NCBI GenBank assembly: GCA_964019335.1
Contig: OZ025668.1
Location: 62,001-126,000, forward strand
Source: Diplonema japonicum
Lineage: Eukaryota > Protista > Euglenozoa: Diplonemea
Direction of reading: 5' to 3'
Length of the DNA: 64,000 nucleotides
Of the stretch, positions 34,901 to 48,500 are shown in pieces. The notes beneath the pieces are model-generated. The model saw only the letters and a list, made by a program, of their open reading frames with translations, was not told where the DNA came from and made no database searches. The position numbers were made by a program, and so were the translations under genes. Within the stretch, counting starts at the first letter, position 1, and each line of letters opens with the position of its first letter.

Positions 34901-37900
34901 GTAACCTACCGGTGATAACCTGTTCGTGACAACCTCTCCGCTTGTGACGGGGCCTTGCGACGTTACAATAGTTCCGACGGGTGCAGCGAAGGAAGAGCAC
35001 TGGTTAGTGCCAATGCACTGGTAGCCCTGTACATTCACCTTTCCTGAACCGCTCACAGAACAGCTCGCTACAGCCGTATTTACACAAGTATAGCTTGCCT
35101 GCGCTACAAGCAAAGACGTAATATCTGTACCAGAGACGATGGGACTCGGTACGGCAACACCAGACAGACTCGCACCAGCTGGAACGTTTATCCCTCCAGT
35201 GCACGAGTTAGGTGTGCACGAGTAGCTGCCAGTGACAACAGCAGAGCTGCTCCCCGACGGGCAAGAAGCAATAGCCGTTCCGCTGCAGATGTAGCCAAGT
35301 GCCTGCTGCAAATTAGCAGTGATGTCAGTTCCAGTACTTGCACCTGTCTGCAACACAACGACAGCACCCGTAGGTGCAGTTATCGAGGTGCACGTTGGTG
35401 TTGTTGTAGAGACACATGTGAATCCAGATACTGTAGCAACACCACCCGCACTACCACAGATCGCGACAGCAGTACCACTGCACGTGAAACCTGCTTGAGC
35501 TGTCAATCTGGTTGTCACTCCTGCACCGTTCATAACAGCACCTTGAGTGCTCACCACAGCCCCTGCAGGCGCAGAGAGAGAGTTGCACTGCACAGTACCA
35601 GATGTGCATGTGTATCCAATAACTGTCACGGCACTGGCTCCTGTTGCAGCACATTGCGCAGTGGCTGTGGTGGTGCACGTGAACCCAGCTGCAGGTGTGA
35701 GAAGACTCAAGATGTTTGCACCTGTCGAAATCGAAGCAGGCACTGCAACCCCAGACAGGGCAGCACCTGCAGGGACGACGATTCCCCCTGAGCATGCATT
35801 AGGACTGCACGTGTACCCCGACACTGAAGCAACACCACCACTAACTGTACATTGAGCCACTCCTGTACCGCTGCACACGTAGCCCGGTGCATTCTGCAGT
35901 CTGCTTGTCACCACCTGGCCATGCGTGACGGTGCCCTGGTTGCTAACGAGAGCACCTACTGGCGGGGTGATTGAACCACACTGCTGTGCTGCTGTTTGTG
36001 AACACGTGTATCCTGTCACGATGACCTGGCTTGCACCTCCGCTCGTACATTGCGCAATAGCTTGATTGATGCATGTGAATCCAGATGCTGGTGAGAGGAG
36101 CGACGTAATATCAGTACCTGTTGCGATCGCAGCAGGGACTGAAACGCCTGAGAGCACTGCACCTGTAGGAAGCTGGATGCCTCCACTGCACGCCATCGGT
36201 GTGCATGTGTACCCTGTCGTCGTCGCCACGCCATTATTGGTAGAGCACACTGCACTTGCAGTTCCCGTGCACGAGAAGCCCACAACCGCTTGGAGATTTG
36301 CAGTCACAACATCACCCGTTCGAGGCATCACCTGAGTGACTACGGTGGCGCCATTGGGTGCTTGCAAGGAATTGCAAGCCAATTGGCTTGTGCACGTGTA
36401 GCCGGTCACTGACGCAGCACCGTTAGCCACGGTACAGAGAGCACTTGCAACACCCGTGCAGGTGTAGCCGCTCTGAACTTGCAAGTTGGTTACACTATCG
36501 CCTGTCTTGGTGGCCACCTGGTTTATAACTACGGTTCCAGTCGGAGCTGTGATCGAAGTGCACTGAATTGCAACACACGAATAACCAGTGACAGATACGG
36601 GGTTGGCACCCGGAATAGAGCATAAAGCCACAGGAGTGCCTGTGCATGAGTAACCATTCATGGGTGACAATACAGAAATAACTGTCCCCGTTGCGATAGA
36701 TACAGGGGGGGTGCCACTCACCGAGCCTGTTGGGGCTGTGATCCCGCCTGTGCAGGTGTTGATGTTACAGGTGTAGCCTGTTGTTGTAGCCACGCCACTT
36801 CCTCCGCAAACTGCAAGTGCGGTGCCAACACAAGTATACCCTGGAGATGCTTGAAGTCGTGAAGTGACATCTGCATTCGGGCTCACTGCACCTTGAGTGA
36901 TTACTACGGCACCTGAAGGGGCAGCAAGAGAGGAACATTGACCAGGGATCACGCAAGTATAGCCTGACACGGTTGCAGCACCAGCGCCAGATGTAGGGCA
37001 TGTAGCTGTGGCTGTACCGGTACAAGTGTATCCAGCAAGAGGACCAAGTACTCCAGTTACGATGGTCCCCGTCACAATTGGCGAAGGAGCCGTGCCCACA
37101 AGTGTAGCACCTGTGGGCAACGTTAAAGCACCTGTGCAACTGTTAGCATTACAAGCGTAACCCGTAACAGTGGCAGCACCGTTTGGAGCACCACACGAAG
37201 CTATACCTGTGCCTGTGCAAGTGAAACCTGAAACTGGTACTAAGTTTGATGTGACAACGTCGCCAGTCCGGGCAGCCACCTGTGTTGCAACAGAAGTGCC
37301 CGCGGGAGCCGTGATGGAGCTGCACAAATGCCCGACACACGTGTAGCCTGTCACAGTTGCAACACCACCTGCGGCTGTACAGACAGCTGAGGCTGTCCCC
37401 GTACACGTGTAACCCGCCATCTGCTGCAGATTTGTTGTTACAATGTCATTGGTTCTTGCAGCAACTTGTGTAATAACCGTTGCGCCCACCGGTGCCTGAA
37501 TAGTTGAACACTGAGGAGCAGAACACGTGTATCCGGTAACTGTGACAGCCGATCCGCCTGTCGCAGAACACAGAGCTGACGGAGTTCCTGTGCACGAAAA
37601 TCCTGCACTAGGTGTCAAATAAGCCGTCAAAATAGTACCCGTTGTGATCGAGGCCGGCAGCACCCCAGTAACCGTTGACCCAGCTGGTGCAGTGATGCCA
37701 CCTGTGCATGCATTTGGTGTGCAAGTGTACCCAGTGGTCGTGGCAACACCATTCGCCGCTGGACACGAAGCTGTTGCGGTACCTACGCACGTGTACCCAG
37801 GTGCTGCTAGAAGGTTTGCAGTCACAACATCACCAGTTCGAGGAGTCGCTGCGGTGGCTACCGTTGCACCAGTGGGTGCTTGCAGGGAAGCACACTGCAC

Positions 37901-40900
37901 TGAATTGCATGTGTACCCAGTCACTGTGGCAGCTCCACCAGCAGTATTGCAGACAGCTGTTGCTGTACCAGTGCATGTGAATCCGGTCAGCGGTGCCAAG
38001 TTAGCAGTAACTATAGTCCCTGTCTGAGTGACAGCCTGCGTTGCAACAGCAGCCCCTGCTGGCGCCGTGATGGAGGTGCACTGGATAAGGGCACAAGTGA
38101 AGCCAGTGACAGTGACGGGATTGGCGCCAACAGCATTACAGAGAGCTGTAGCAGTGCCTGTGCACGAAAAACCAGCATTCGGAGTCAAGGATGCAGTCAC
38201 AATAGAGCCAGTTGTGATGGACCCAACAGCTCCCGCGGTTGAGCCTGCTGGAGCAGTGATGCCACCTGTGCATGCATTTGGTGTGCAAGTGTACCCTGTG
38301 GTTGTGGCAACACCGTTCGCTGTTGTACACAGAGCTGTGGCAGTGCCTGTGCACGTGTAGCCTGCCTGAGCTGCGAGGTTCGCAGTAACAATAGTTCCAG
38401 TTGTCGCGGTAGTCTGAGTGGCGACAATGGCCCCAGTTGGAGCTGCAATAGTGGCACATGTTACTGATGAGCAGACGTACCCACTGACAGTTGCAGCACC
38501 TCCTGCAGTCAAACACGTGGTTGTGGCAGTGCCCGTGCACGTAAAGCCTGCACTAGGCTGGAGGTTCGCGGTAACCACAGTACCTGTTGTTGTGGCCTGC
38601 TGTGTTGCGACAGTGGCGCCTGCTGGTGCTGTAATTGAATTGCAGGTATTGGCATTGCATGTGTACCCAGTCACTGTGGCAGCTCCACCAGCAGTGTTGC
38701 AGAGTGCTGAAGCAGTGCCAGTGCATGTGAATCCACTCAGTGGCTGCAGATTTCCCGTAACTATAGTCCCTGTCTGAGTAGCGGCCTGAGTGGCAACAGA
38801 AGCGCCCGACGGCGCCGTGATGGAATTACATTGAACCGGTGCACAAGTATAACCAGTAATAGTAACCGGATTGGCGCCAACAACACTACAGAGAGCTGTA
38901 GCAGTGCCTGTGCACGAAAAACCAGCATTCGGAGTCAAGGATGCAGTCACAATAGAGCCAGTTGTGATGGACCCAACAGCTCCCGCGGTTGAGCCTGCTG
39001 GAGCAGTGATGCCACCTGTGCATGCATTTGGTGTGCAAGTGTACCCTGTGGTCGTGGCAACACCGTTCGCCGCTGGACACGAAGCTGTTGCGGTACCTAC
39101 GCACGTGTACCCAGGTGCTGCTAGAAGGTTTGCAGTCACAACATCACCAGTTCGAGGAGTCGCTGCGGTGGCTACCGTTGCACCAGTGGGTGCTTGCAGG
39201 GAAGCACACTGCACTGAATTGCATGTGTACCCAGTCACTGTGGCAGCTCCACCAGCAGTATTGCAGACAGCTGTTGCTGTACCAGTGCATGTGAATCCGG
39301 TCAGCGGTGCCAGGTTGGCTGTGATGACACTTCCAGTTTGTGTTGCGACTTGTGTTGCAACAGCAGCCCCTGCTGGCGCCGTGATGGAGGTGCACTGAAT
39401 TGGGGCACAAGTGAAGCCAGTGACAGTGACGGGATTGGCGCCAACAGCATTACAGAGAGCTGTAGCAGTGCCTGTGCACGAAAAACCAGCATTCGGAGTC
39501 AAGGATGCAGTCACAATAGAGCCAGTTGTGATGGACCCAACAGCTCCCGCGGTTGAGCCTGCTGGAGCAGTGATGCCACCTGTGCATGCATTTGGTGTGC
39601 AAGTGTACCCTGTGGTTGTGGCAACACCGTTCGCTGTTGTACACAGAGCTGTGGCAGTGCCTGTGCACGTGTAGCCTGCTTGAGCTGCGAGGTTCGCAGT
39701 AACAATGCTCCCAGTCGATGCTGCTTGTTGTGTGGCCACTGTGGCACCCGTTGGTGCCTGGATGCTAGCGCATTGAACTGCTGCACACGTGTATCCGGTG
39801 GTCGTTGCTACGCCATTAGCAGTGCCGCACATTGCTGTAGCAACCCCGGTACACGTATAGCCTGCCTGAGCTGCGAGGTTGATGGTCACAATGGTACCTG
39901 TAGTGGCCGCGACCTGCGACTGCACGACACCTCCAGCCGGTGCTGAAATGGAAGCACACTGCAAGGCCGCACAAGAGTAACCGGTCACGGAAGCCTGATT
40001 GGCACCCCCTGTGAAGCACACCGCAGTGGCTGTACCAGTGCACGTGTATCCTGGCAAACCTGTCAGAAAGCCGGTTACCACGGTACCGGATGTGACGGCG
40101 CCGGGGGTCCCGACGACCTGCGACCCTGTGGGAGGTGTGATGCCCGTGGTGCAGGTGTTCGCTGTGCACGTGTAACCTTGAACAACAGCGGCAGTGCCTG
40201 CAGTGGTGCACAAAGCGGTGGAAGTACCAGTACATGTATAACCAGCTTGTGTCTGAAGGTTCACAGGGTCACCTGTTTGGTACGCACCTTGTGTGACCAC
40301 GGTGGAGCCGGTCGGTGCGGTGACGGACGTGCAAGTGAGGCCGGTGCACGTGTACCCAGTTGCTGTTGCAGCATTGGCACCTACTACGGAGCAGAGACCG
40401 AGAGCAGTGCCAGTGCACGAGTAGCCAGATGCAGCTGTGATGTAAGACGAGACGTCGAGGTTAGTGGCGATGGACGGAGGGAGGGCGACACCAGAGAGGG
40501 TGGCACCGTTGGGCGGTGTGAAGCCGCCTGTGCAAGCGTTAGCGCTGCACGAGTAGCCTGTTGGAGTGACTGTGTTTGCACCGGCTGTGGCACACAGAGC
40601 AACGGGTGTCCCAATACATGTGAACCCGGCCTGCTGAGTGAGAAAGAGAGCGATGTTAGTGGCAGTGGCGATAGTAGCAGGGGGTGTCCCTGTGACTTGC
40701 GATCCTGCAATCGGGGCGATGCCTCCGGTGCAACTGTTCGGAGTGCAGGTGGCTGCGTTGGCATCGTAGTTGTTCCCTGCGGTACATGTCACAGCAAACC
40801 CAGCACCAGCTGTGTACCCGGCATTGCAAGTGTACGTACAAATCTGCCCAGTAGTTAAGCTATTGCAGGCGGTGAACCCAGCGGCAGTGGACCCCGCCGG

Positions 40901-40978
40901 AGTGGTCCCAGCAAGAGGCCCATTCGTGCATGCAAGCACACACTCCAATATACACAAAAATAGTAACCACCCAACCAT
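31971..40978 (-). CDS. Giant type I membrane surface protein: signal peptide, about 40 Cys/Thr/Ala/Gly repeats (~62 aa), TM, cytosolic Tudor/Agenet-like domain; exons 40978-32240 and 32204-31971
   Basis: MVGWLLFLCILECVLA signal; repeat C-x-x-ITAP-x-GA...GYTCTGTATA-x-C...TVTGYTC; TM WWAIVLLVIAVLLVCAAIALLLFC followed by TRKKEK; tail VEVLYSGQWFPAKI...WDVDWMDG. Confidence 0.88.
32205..32239 (-). other. Intron, 35 nt, phase 0
   Basis: AAA|GTATGT...CATGACAG|CAA; joins the 3046-aa ORF to the 70-aa Tudor-like ORF. Confidence 0.85.
37689..39706. repeat. Recent intragenic duplication: 37689-38392 vs 39003-39706 (offset 1314 bp), plus a third partial copy near 38870-39070
   Basis: Near-identical DNA; identical shadow ORFs recur at 1314-bp and 750-bp offsets. 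Confidence 0.9.
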
Positions 40979-41500
40979 AATCACACTGTGAGCATTAAGA
41001 AGAAGGCATAGGAATACTATAAGGGGGAAAAGGTATAAGAGAAATAAAAAAACAACTCTGCACGAAGGGGGAAAAGAGGAAAAGGGGAAATAGAAAAAAA
41101 TAAGAAAAGAAGGGAGAGAAGGGGGGGGGAAAGAATGAAAGCACCACTTAATGTTGTTGCTCTTATTTTTCTCTTCTCCCTTTGAAAGTCTTCCTTCTTC
41201 ATAACTGGGTGATGGGAGAAGACAAATGGAAGGGGGGCACGAGAGAAAAAAAAAAAGAACAGGGAAGAAAAAAAACGCTTTCTTTCTTCTTTTTTTAAAT
41301 CCCTTTTTCTTTATAAATTCCTTTGTAGTCACCCATCTTTCTGTTTCTTAATATTTCTTTTTTTTTTTTTTAGTGTATCCTTCTTTTTCTTTTTTTCAGT
41401 TCTAATGGTACGACGGCGGGGAGAAGAAGAAAAAAAAAGGGGGGGCGGGGGGGATGAAATGGGACTTAAGAAAAAAAAAAGAAAACAAAAGAGGAGGCTC

Positions 41501-44500
41501 CTATGACTTTGCACCAGAGAGGTTTTTTGGAGGGCGGATGATATCGTGCATGGTTGTCATATCAATGGAACTAAGCGAATGGCTTGTTTGATTAAGCTGC
41601 ACATTGGCCTCCGCCAGCTGGCAGTTAACTGGGTTAAAATCTACTGGGGGGGAATACTTAATACTGTTTAGAACCGCCTTATCCGGCCGTTTTATGTTTA
41701 TAGTCCCGAATCGCGATGAAGCTTGTATACTGACAACAATATTCTTTTGGTCTTTTGAATAACTCTGCCACACTACATAATATGGCCTCCCGCCATGCCT
41801 TTCCTTCTTAAACGTATAATGAAGGTGCGTGTCCCTCCCACGCCAGAAGGACCCACCATGCGAGTGCCCGCCTGCAGGCATCGCCCACCCACCTTTCTCT
41901 GAAGGCTCTAATACCGATATCAAGAAAGCGCTGTAACTCTGATCAGTGTCTGTGTCCTTGAGGCCTCGCCTGTCCCGTTGATGGAGACCGATGAAACACG
42001 AAGCAGTCTCGTCGGGGTTAATCTCCAGCATATGTATTGCTCTGCCTTGGTACACTGCCGTGGCAATGCGTATGTCGTGCCATGACGGGCTCACAAAGCA
42101 AACCCCACCCCCGCAGAACCACTTCTGCACGTCGTGCCACTCCATCCAAAAGGTCCCGTCGCTCCCCTTTTCCAACCCGCACATTTCCGGCATATCGGGG
42201 TATTCTGTCCACGCCCCGTCGTCGTCGCCCCACTTCCCTTTCCACTCCTTGGCATCGCCCCATGGGTTTCGTATCCTGCATAGCTTGAACCCGTCTCGTG
42301 GTCCATTTGACGGTCGTACGTGTAGCACTGTCAGTAAGGCATAAGCATGCCCTGATACCAGCCCCATCGACTCGTAGCGCGTGTCCTCCTCGCCGGTCCC
42401 ACCCACTCTCACTGACTTGTCCACCCCCGGGGTCTCGATCGTCATGAGGTACTCGCCGTTGCCGTGCGATGCGTCGTCGAACATCAGCAGACGTGAGAAG
42501 AGCCCCGGGTCGTCCCAGCGGAATCTTTCTGCAGGGTACCCCGTGAGGTCCTGCAACGCTTCGATCGAGTCCCCGCTGATGATGGCCGAGTAGCTCCCAT
42601 GCACCTTCGCAACCACCTTTTCCAAGATGGCCACCCACAGCTCACTTGGCTCCTGGATATTGCTTGCAAACACAGGCCCGCGTGTGTGAGAAGGCAGGTA
42701 GTTGTCGACTGTCACTGTCTGCCACCAGCCGTGCTTGCAAACACGCAAGCAGTACGCACCGCATTCCTGCTCCCTCCCGTCCACTTCCGGAACGTAGAAG
42801 ATTTTCCTGATTAGTTCAGGCTGTTCCGCCATAGCACTGATAGCGCAAAGCAACCAGCAGTCCCCCAGCTTGCCCTGGTCGATGTCATTGGGCTGAATGG
42901 GCTCGTCATCGTCTCCGTCAGAGCATGTCGAGGCGAACAAGCTAACCTGTTTATGGATGTGGTAGGTAAATAATTGTGCATACCGAGCGGGCCACTTCCG
43001 GCGTCATGTAGTCCTTGGGCCTCATCCACGGGTACTCATCTACGGCAGGCTTTCCCCCACGTACCTCCCAGGGGCGAGCTAAGCCCGTCTGCCTTGGTGG
43101 GAACCGCCAATCGATGTACTGCAAGCCTTCTTTAAGGCACATCTGCACCACATCCCTGTCTTTGCTGAGGTCAACCTTGTTCAGCAGTGCAGCCTCTCGA
43201 AGTTTGCACAGCTGCTCAGTTACCTGCTTGTCATATTTCTGCACGAACTTGCTAAGGTAGTCTTTGTTAGGAGGGCCATAGTTTATGGTCATTTCGTACT
43301 TCCCGAAGATACCCGACACCAAGTTTATCGTCTCCCCTGCAGGGATGGATACCGTGTAACGAGGGCCGTTCACAGTCACTGTGGGACCCGGCTGCAGCTG
43401 TGACTGGCTAGGTTCGAAGTAGTACTCCAACGTGAACAGCATCTCCCGTGTCCCATTGTACAGCAGCAGCGTCTTCCCTTTGCTGTGGTGCTGCAGCAGC
43501 TTGAACAACTTCCCTTCGCTCAGCATGGGCTCCCACGATCCTGCTGTTGAAGGAGAAGGAAGCCCCAGTGGAATGGACAACATGCACCTGGCCCCCTCGA
43601 TTGAAGAGCCTCCTTGCGGCACATTGCTGAGCGCCACAGGGATGTACGTCTTGACGCCCCTCTTGATGAGCGGTTGGATAGTTCGTCGTTCGCGGGCAGC
43701 AGCCATGAAACGTAAGACAGGTTTGAACCACGAAACGTGCTTTGCGGCCCTTGGCGAGCTGACACCCGACTTGAGCAGCAGCAGGGGGTCGGTGATGACG
43801 TCCTTAGTGCACTCAACTGGGTTGAGGTCGCCCTTCGTCATCGAAAAGAGAGCGGTGTTGAAAATATTCTGCACGACCTCCGACTTGAGGGACACCTCGT
43901 TGAGGGTGTTGGGCGAGAAGTCGGGAGACGCGAACTCGGGGGTCATGTGTGGGGAGGGGCCAGGGACAGGGGCGGGGGTGAATGCTTCCGATGGGGGAAG
44001 TGAAGGCTGTGGAGAGGATTGTTTATGCTCCGAGAGCTGCTTCTCAAGAGTTTCTACCTTCATCTCCAGCTCCTTGAAGTAGGCGTCGTTGGGACTCTCG
44101 ATGCGCTTCACGGCATCCTCGACGGAGGTGCTGACCTTGTCCTTGAGCATCGTCATGGCACGGCGGTACTCTCCCACCTGGCTTGCGAGGTGCTGGTTTT
44201 CTCGTTTCAATGCCCCGGCTTCCTTGTTTGCCTCCGCAAGTTTGTCTGTGAGGAAGGCGATGGTCTCGTCCTTCTTGCGCATCTCTCGTTCGACCTCTGC
44301 TGCCACCATTCCCGCAATGCTGTCGCCTAGCCTGTTCGCTACTGGTGATGCGGCTGACCCATTCACTGGTGACACTGAGCTGCTCGCAGAAGGTGTTCCA
44401 CGAACAGGGCTTTTCTCTTCCCTTATACCCGTTCCAGTTCCAGGGGCACTTTGTAGATTCGCAACAATATCGCGTGCCTGCTGCAGCGTCATCGCGTCTG

Positions 44501-44519
44501 CGTACCTCTGCCCAGGCAT
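41501..44519 (-). CDS. Calpain-family cysteine peptidase (C2) with coiled coil, DUF1935-like domain, CysPc and domain III; exons 44519-42984 and 42946-41501
   Basis: Intact triad QGKLGDCW, GHAY and RIRNPWG; YIDWRFPP and WMRP upstream of the intron; GKLFKL...LYNGT...IPAGET is DUF1935-like. Confidence 0.92.
42947..42983 (-). other. Intron, 37 nt, phase 0
   Basis: TCG|GTATGC...CATAAACAG|GTT; joins the two halves of the CysPc domain. Confidence 0.92.
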
Positions 44520-45578
44520 CTTGTCGTACTGGATGGCTATGAACCCTGCAATGGGAAGAGAAAAAGAATATGTAATCGCAACCAACCCGATAAGCCTGAT
44601 AAGCCCGATAAGCTGCTTTTTCTTTCTTTTCTTTTGTTATCTTCGTTTTCCGTTCGTTGTAAACTGTAACGGTACTGATCCCACGTGTTGATCAAACAAA
44701 AATATAAAACTTTAAGAAATAATATGCATTTCTGAGAAAATCGCTGGGGGCGGGGATAATCTTTAGAGATGCAGAAAAAAAAAAAAAGCTATTGTAAAGT
44801 GAAAAACTCCCGGACTGACAAGTCTTTTTCGCGTCCAAAACTTGTCAGGCCGGACCATTTTCCATCCGAGAAGTTTTGGTTCTACCCTGGCCTGGGCTGC
44901 ACTTGCGAAGAAACCCAACCAGTGTTTCCAGCGAAGAGTGGCCTTCTTGCCTGCGGGCTTAACATGGTTAGTAAGTTACTGCATTCTTGCCTAGGTGGTA
45001 TAGGTTGAGTTTCCTCTGTTATCGGAATAAGAAAATATTTCTTTTCGAGCGTCTACCCTGATTTTTTAGAAAGGGCTTTCTCGTAGAAATGTGAACAGCG
45101 CTAACTGAATCGTCCAATACGTAGTAAATTAAGGGGGGGGGGGGGGGGGGGGATAACGTTTTCAGGAACTTCTTTCGGGTGTTGGCAATGTTCAGTAACT
45201 TCAAGTTGGCAACTAAGACAAGAAACAGACAATGGTGGTGACCTGCAAATTAGGTACTATACCTAATTAAGTGAAAGCTTTCTTGTTAGAATACAATTCA
45301 AGGTTCCACGTAAAAAAAAAAAAAAAAGAGGACCCATGTCTCTTCCTTCTCATCCTTTGGGCGTGACACGAATGAAAGTCAACAAGCGCTGCAAAAAAAA
45401 AAAAGAAGGAGGAGAGGGAAAAAACTAGTTTGGCGCTTCATTTGCTTGCGGGATTTTACGCTTAATAAAATAGCTCATTAAGCCGCCATCAACTAGTTTT
45501 TGGTTTCGACAATAATATTGTCAAAACAAAAAAGTGATAAGATGGAAGATAGAATAAGGAAGGGTCGCTGCCTGCCGC

Positions 45579-48500
45579 CTACTGGCGAGCCTCGGAGGTC
45601 TCGACCATGTTGCGGTAGAGACCGTTGGGCTTCTGAAGGAGCTCTGTGGGGGGGCCGAACTCGACGACCTCCCCCTTGTCGAGGGCAAGGATGAGGGTGC
45701 TGTCAGCAATAGTCTCCATGCGGTGGGCAATGGTGATGATGGTGGCCTCTCTGAAGACTTCGGCTGTCCTGATCGACGTCTGGATGATCTTATCAGTCGC
45801 GAAGTCGACGTTAGCAGTTGCCTCGTCCACCAGCACCACACGCGCCTTTTTCAGCATCGACCTTGCTAGCGAGAATAGTTGTCTATGGCCTGTGCTCAAG
45901 TTCGAGCCCCCCTCTGCAATCTTGTCCTCTAACGACTTGAACTCCTCCTTCAGCTGCACATTCTCCAGCACATCCCACAGCTCCGCATCCCCGCAGCGCT
46001 CAAAGGGGTCCAAGTTGTACCTCACCGTCCCTGTGAACAGCACGGGCTCTTGCGGGATAAGTGTGATGCCCCCTCTTCTCTGCTTCAAAGACATCACCGC
46101 TGCGTCCCTCCCGTCGAACAGGACCTTCCCATCAACTACCTCATTCAGCCCTAGCAGTGCTTGGAACAAGGAAGACTTTCCGCTCCCCGTGCGTCCCACG
46201 ACACCAACCCTGCTCCCTTGAGGGATCACCGCATCCAGACCTGACAGCACGATTGGCAGATCCGGCCTGTAGCGTACGCTCATGTTCTGAAGGTGCACGT
46301 TGCCCGTCGCAGGCCACGAGGGGTCTGTCACGGGGATGTCCAGCCCCGGCTCTGCCGGCAGCTTGTTCCCGTAATATAGTAAACGCTCTACCGACGTCAT
46401 CATAGTCTCAACAAGGCTGGACTGGCGTACCATGTACTGGAACATCTCGCCAAGGGTCATCGAGTACGTCAGCGCCAATGCGTACACAGACGTCGACACC
46501 GTGTCACGCAGCGCAAGCCCGAACCCTGCCAGCAGCATCACAAGCACAGCACACATGATGTCTAAACGGAAGCCGATCCACCTGTTCCCGATGAACCACC
46601 AGTACCAAGGTTTTGCCATCTTCTCGAGCCTCGTCCCGAAAGCATATTGGATTTCCTCCTGCTTCTGGAAGGCCTTGATAGACGTAATGCCATTGAGATT
46701 GGCTGTGAACGCAGCAAAAACGGGCGACCTGCTCATACCGTCAAGCCTCTTTAACTCGCGCAAGGACCGTGTGGCATATGTCCTTAACCACAAAAACAGA
46801 GCACCCAGGAAAGGGATGGCCAAGGCAATCCAAGGGATGGCAATGCACACCAAGACAACAACACCAGTCACCATGAACCCCATCTGCAAAGTGTCGAACA
46901 AGGACACAGGCAACTGCTCGTCAATCTGTCCCAAGTCGGCGCTGAACCTGTTGATGATGCGCCCCAACGGGTTCGATGTGAAGAAAGCCATCTTCGTCTG
47001 CAAGACTGAAGCAAAGGACGTGTTGTGAATATAGCTGTTTGCACGCACGGTGATGAAAAAGAACAGCAAAGCGCGTGTCAATCCCAATACGAAAGTCATG
47101 GCACAAACGCCCCCGTACACCTTGAGGTAGAAATCGTTCTGCTGCTCATTCAAGTCGTTGTCGGCCCAGCTGCTCAGGAAGTAGTCGCCATACATCATCG
47201 ACAGCTGTCCTCCTAGCAAGCCCAAGAACACTAACGCTGTCAAGAAGTTCCCCCCAGCTCTGATATAGTCTTTGTACGTCTCGCCAGTCACTGCGCCTTT
47301 GGTACGGTCCTCTGCCTCGACAAGCTTCACAGGTGCCTCTGCCGTCTCCACCTTCTCCTCGCTTTGCAACGCCTCTTCATCAGAATTTTCGCTCAACTGC
47401 GGCGATGTCGTCATGACAGGATCCTCGGGCTTTCCATAGTACTCCACTGCGCCCTGGTCGCTGAGCGTGCAGATGTTGTCTGCGAAGGTCAGCGCCTTGG
47501 GCTGGTGCGACACAAGCAAGATGCCACATTCCTTCAGCGCGAGGATGGATCTCAGTGACTCAAGTAGCGCATCGCACACGCAAGGATCCACTGCTGCCAA
47601 CGGGTCGTCAAGAAGCACGAGTTGTGCATCAGAGTACAAAGCACGAGCTAAGCTCACTCTTGCTTTTTGCCCTCCGGACAGATTGACACCACGCTCGCCG
47701 ATCTCTGTCATGTCCCCGTTCTGCAGTTGTTTGATGTCCGTGTCGATGGCGGCTGCCCGCAGGATGCGTCTGTAGCGCACCTCGTCGTACTCCGACCCGA
47801 ACACGATATTGTCCCTCACAGTGCCCGCAATGATCCAGGGGCTCTGCGGGCAGTACGCGACAGGGCCTCTTACTTTGATGGTGCCTTCTGTGATAGTGGC
47901 CTCTGACAATATAGCCGATAGCACAGTAGACTTTCCACACCCCACGGTGCCGTTGATGGTTACCATCTCTCCCTTTGCCACGCTTAGGGAAAGGTCAGAG
48001 ACCACCGGTTTGTCCCCCCAAGAGCAAGACATGCTTGAGATTTGCAGGACAGCCTCCTCCACATCAGGCAGCGGGTGGTTCATAACGCCACCATCCTCGC
48101 TTGTCTCCAGAAACTCCTGGATGCGCAGCACGGCGATGTGCATCTCGGGGACGGTCTCGAAAGCGCGTGCCAGCTTCTTGCCTAAGGAGTGCCTCAGGAC
48201 CTGCAGCAGGGCGATGGTAGGGTAGGCACTGTCGATCTCCAGCTCGTTGTCGTTCACGAAGATGTAAATTGAAAATATCACAAACGAAGCAAGCGCCGGT
48301 GCGGAGAAGTAGATGCCCAAGTTAAACGCCTTCACAAGCTGCGACTTTAGGATCCACGACGCCTCGTAGCTGCGGAGGCCAGCGATCATCTTCTCGAAGG
48401 GCAGCTCCCATGAAGCAGCCTTCACGCTCAGCATGCCGCTTAGGAGCTGCGAGGTTAACGACACACGCCTATCTGTTGCCTGTGCCGTCTCTCTACGGAA

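Noticed and set aside
40979-41332. N-terminal extensions in the ORF track (also 14473-14580, 49368-49544, 6418-6543)
   Set aside because: Translated polypyrimidine tracts upstream of the likely acceptor and first real ATG.
42940-42990. Frameshift, pseudogene or stop-codon recoding explanations for split ORFs (calpain, helicase, EGF gene)
   Set aside because: Every break is resolved by a short GT-AG intron with a consistent donor consensus.
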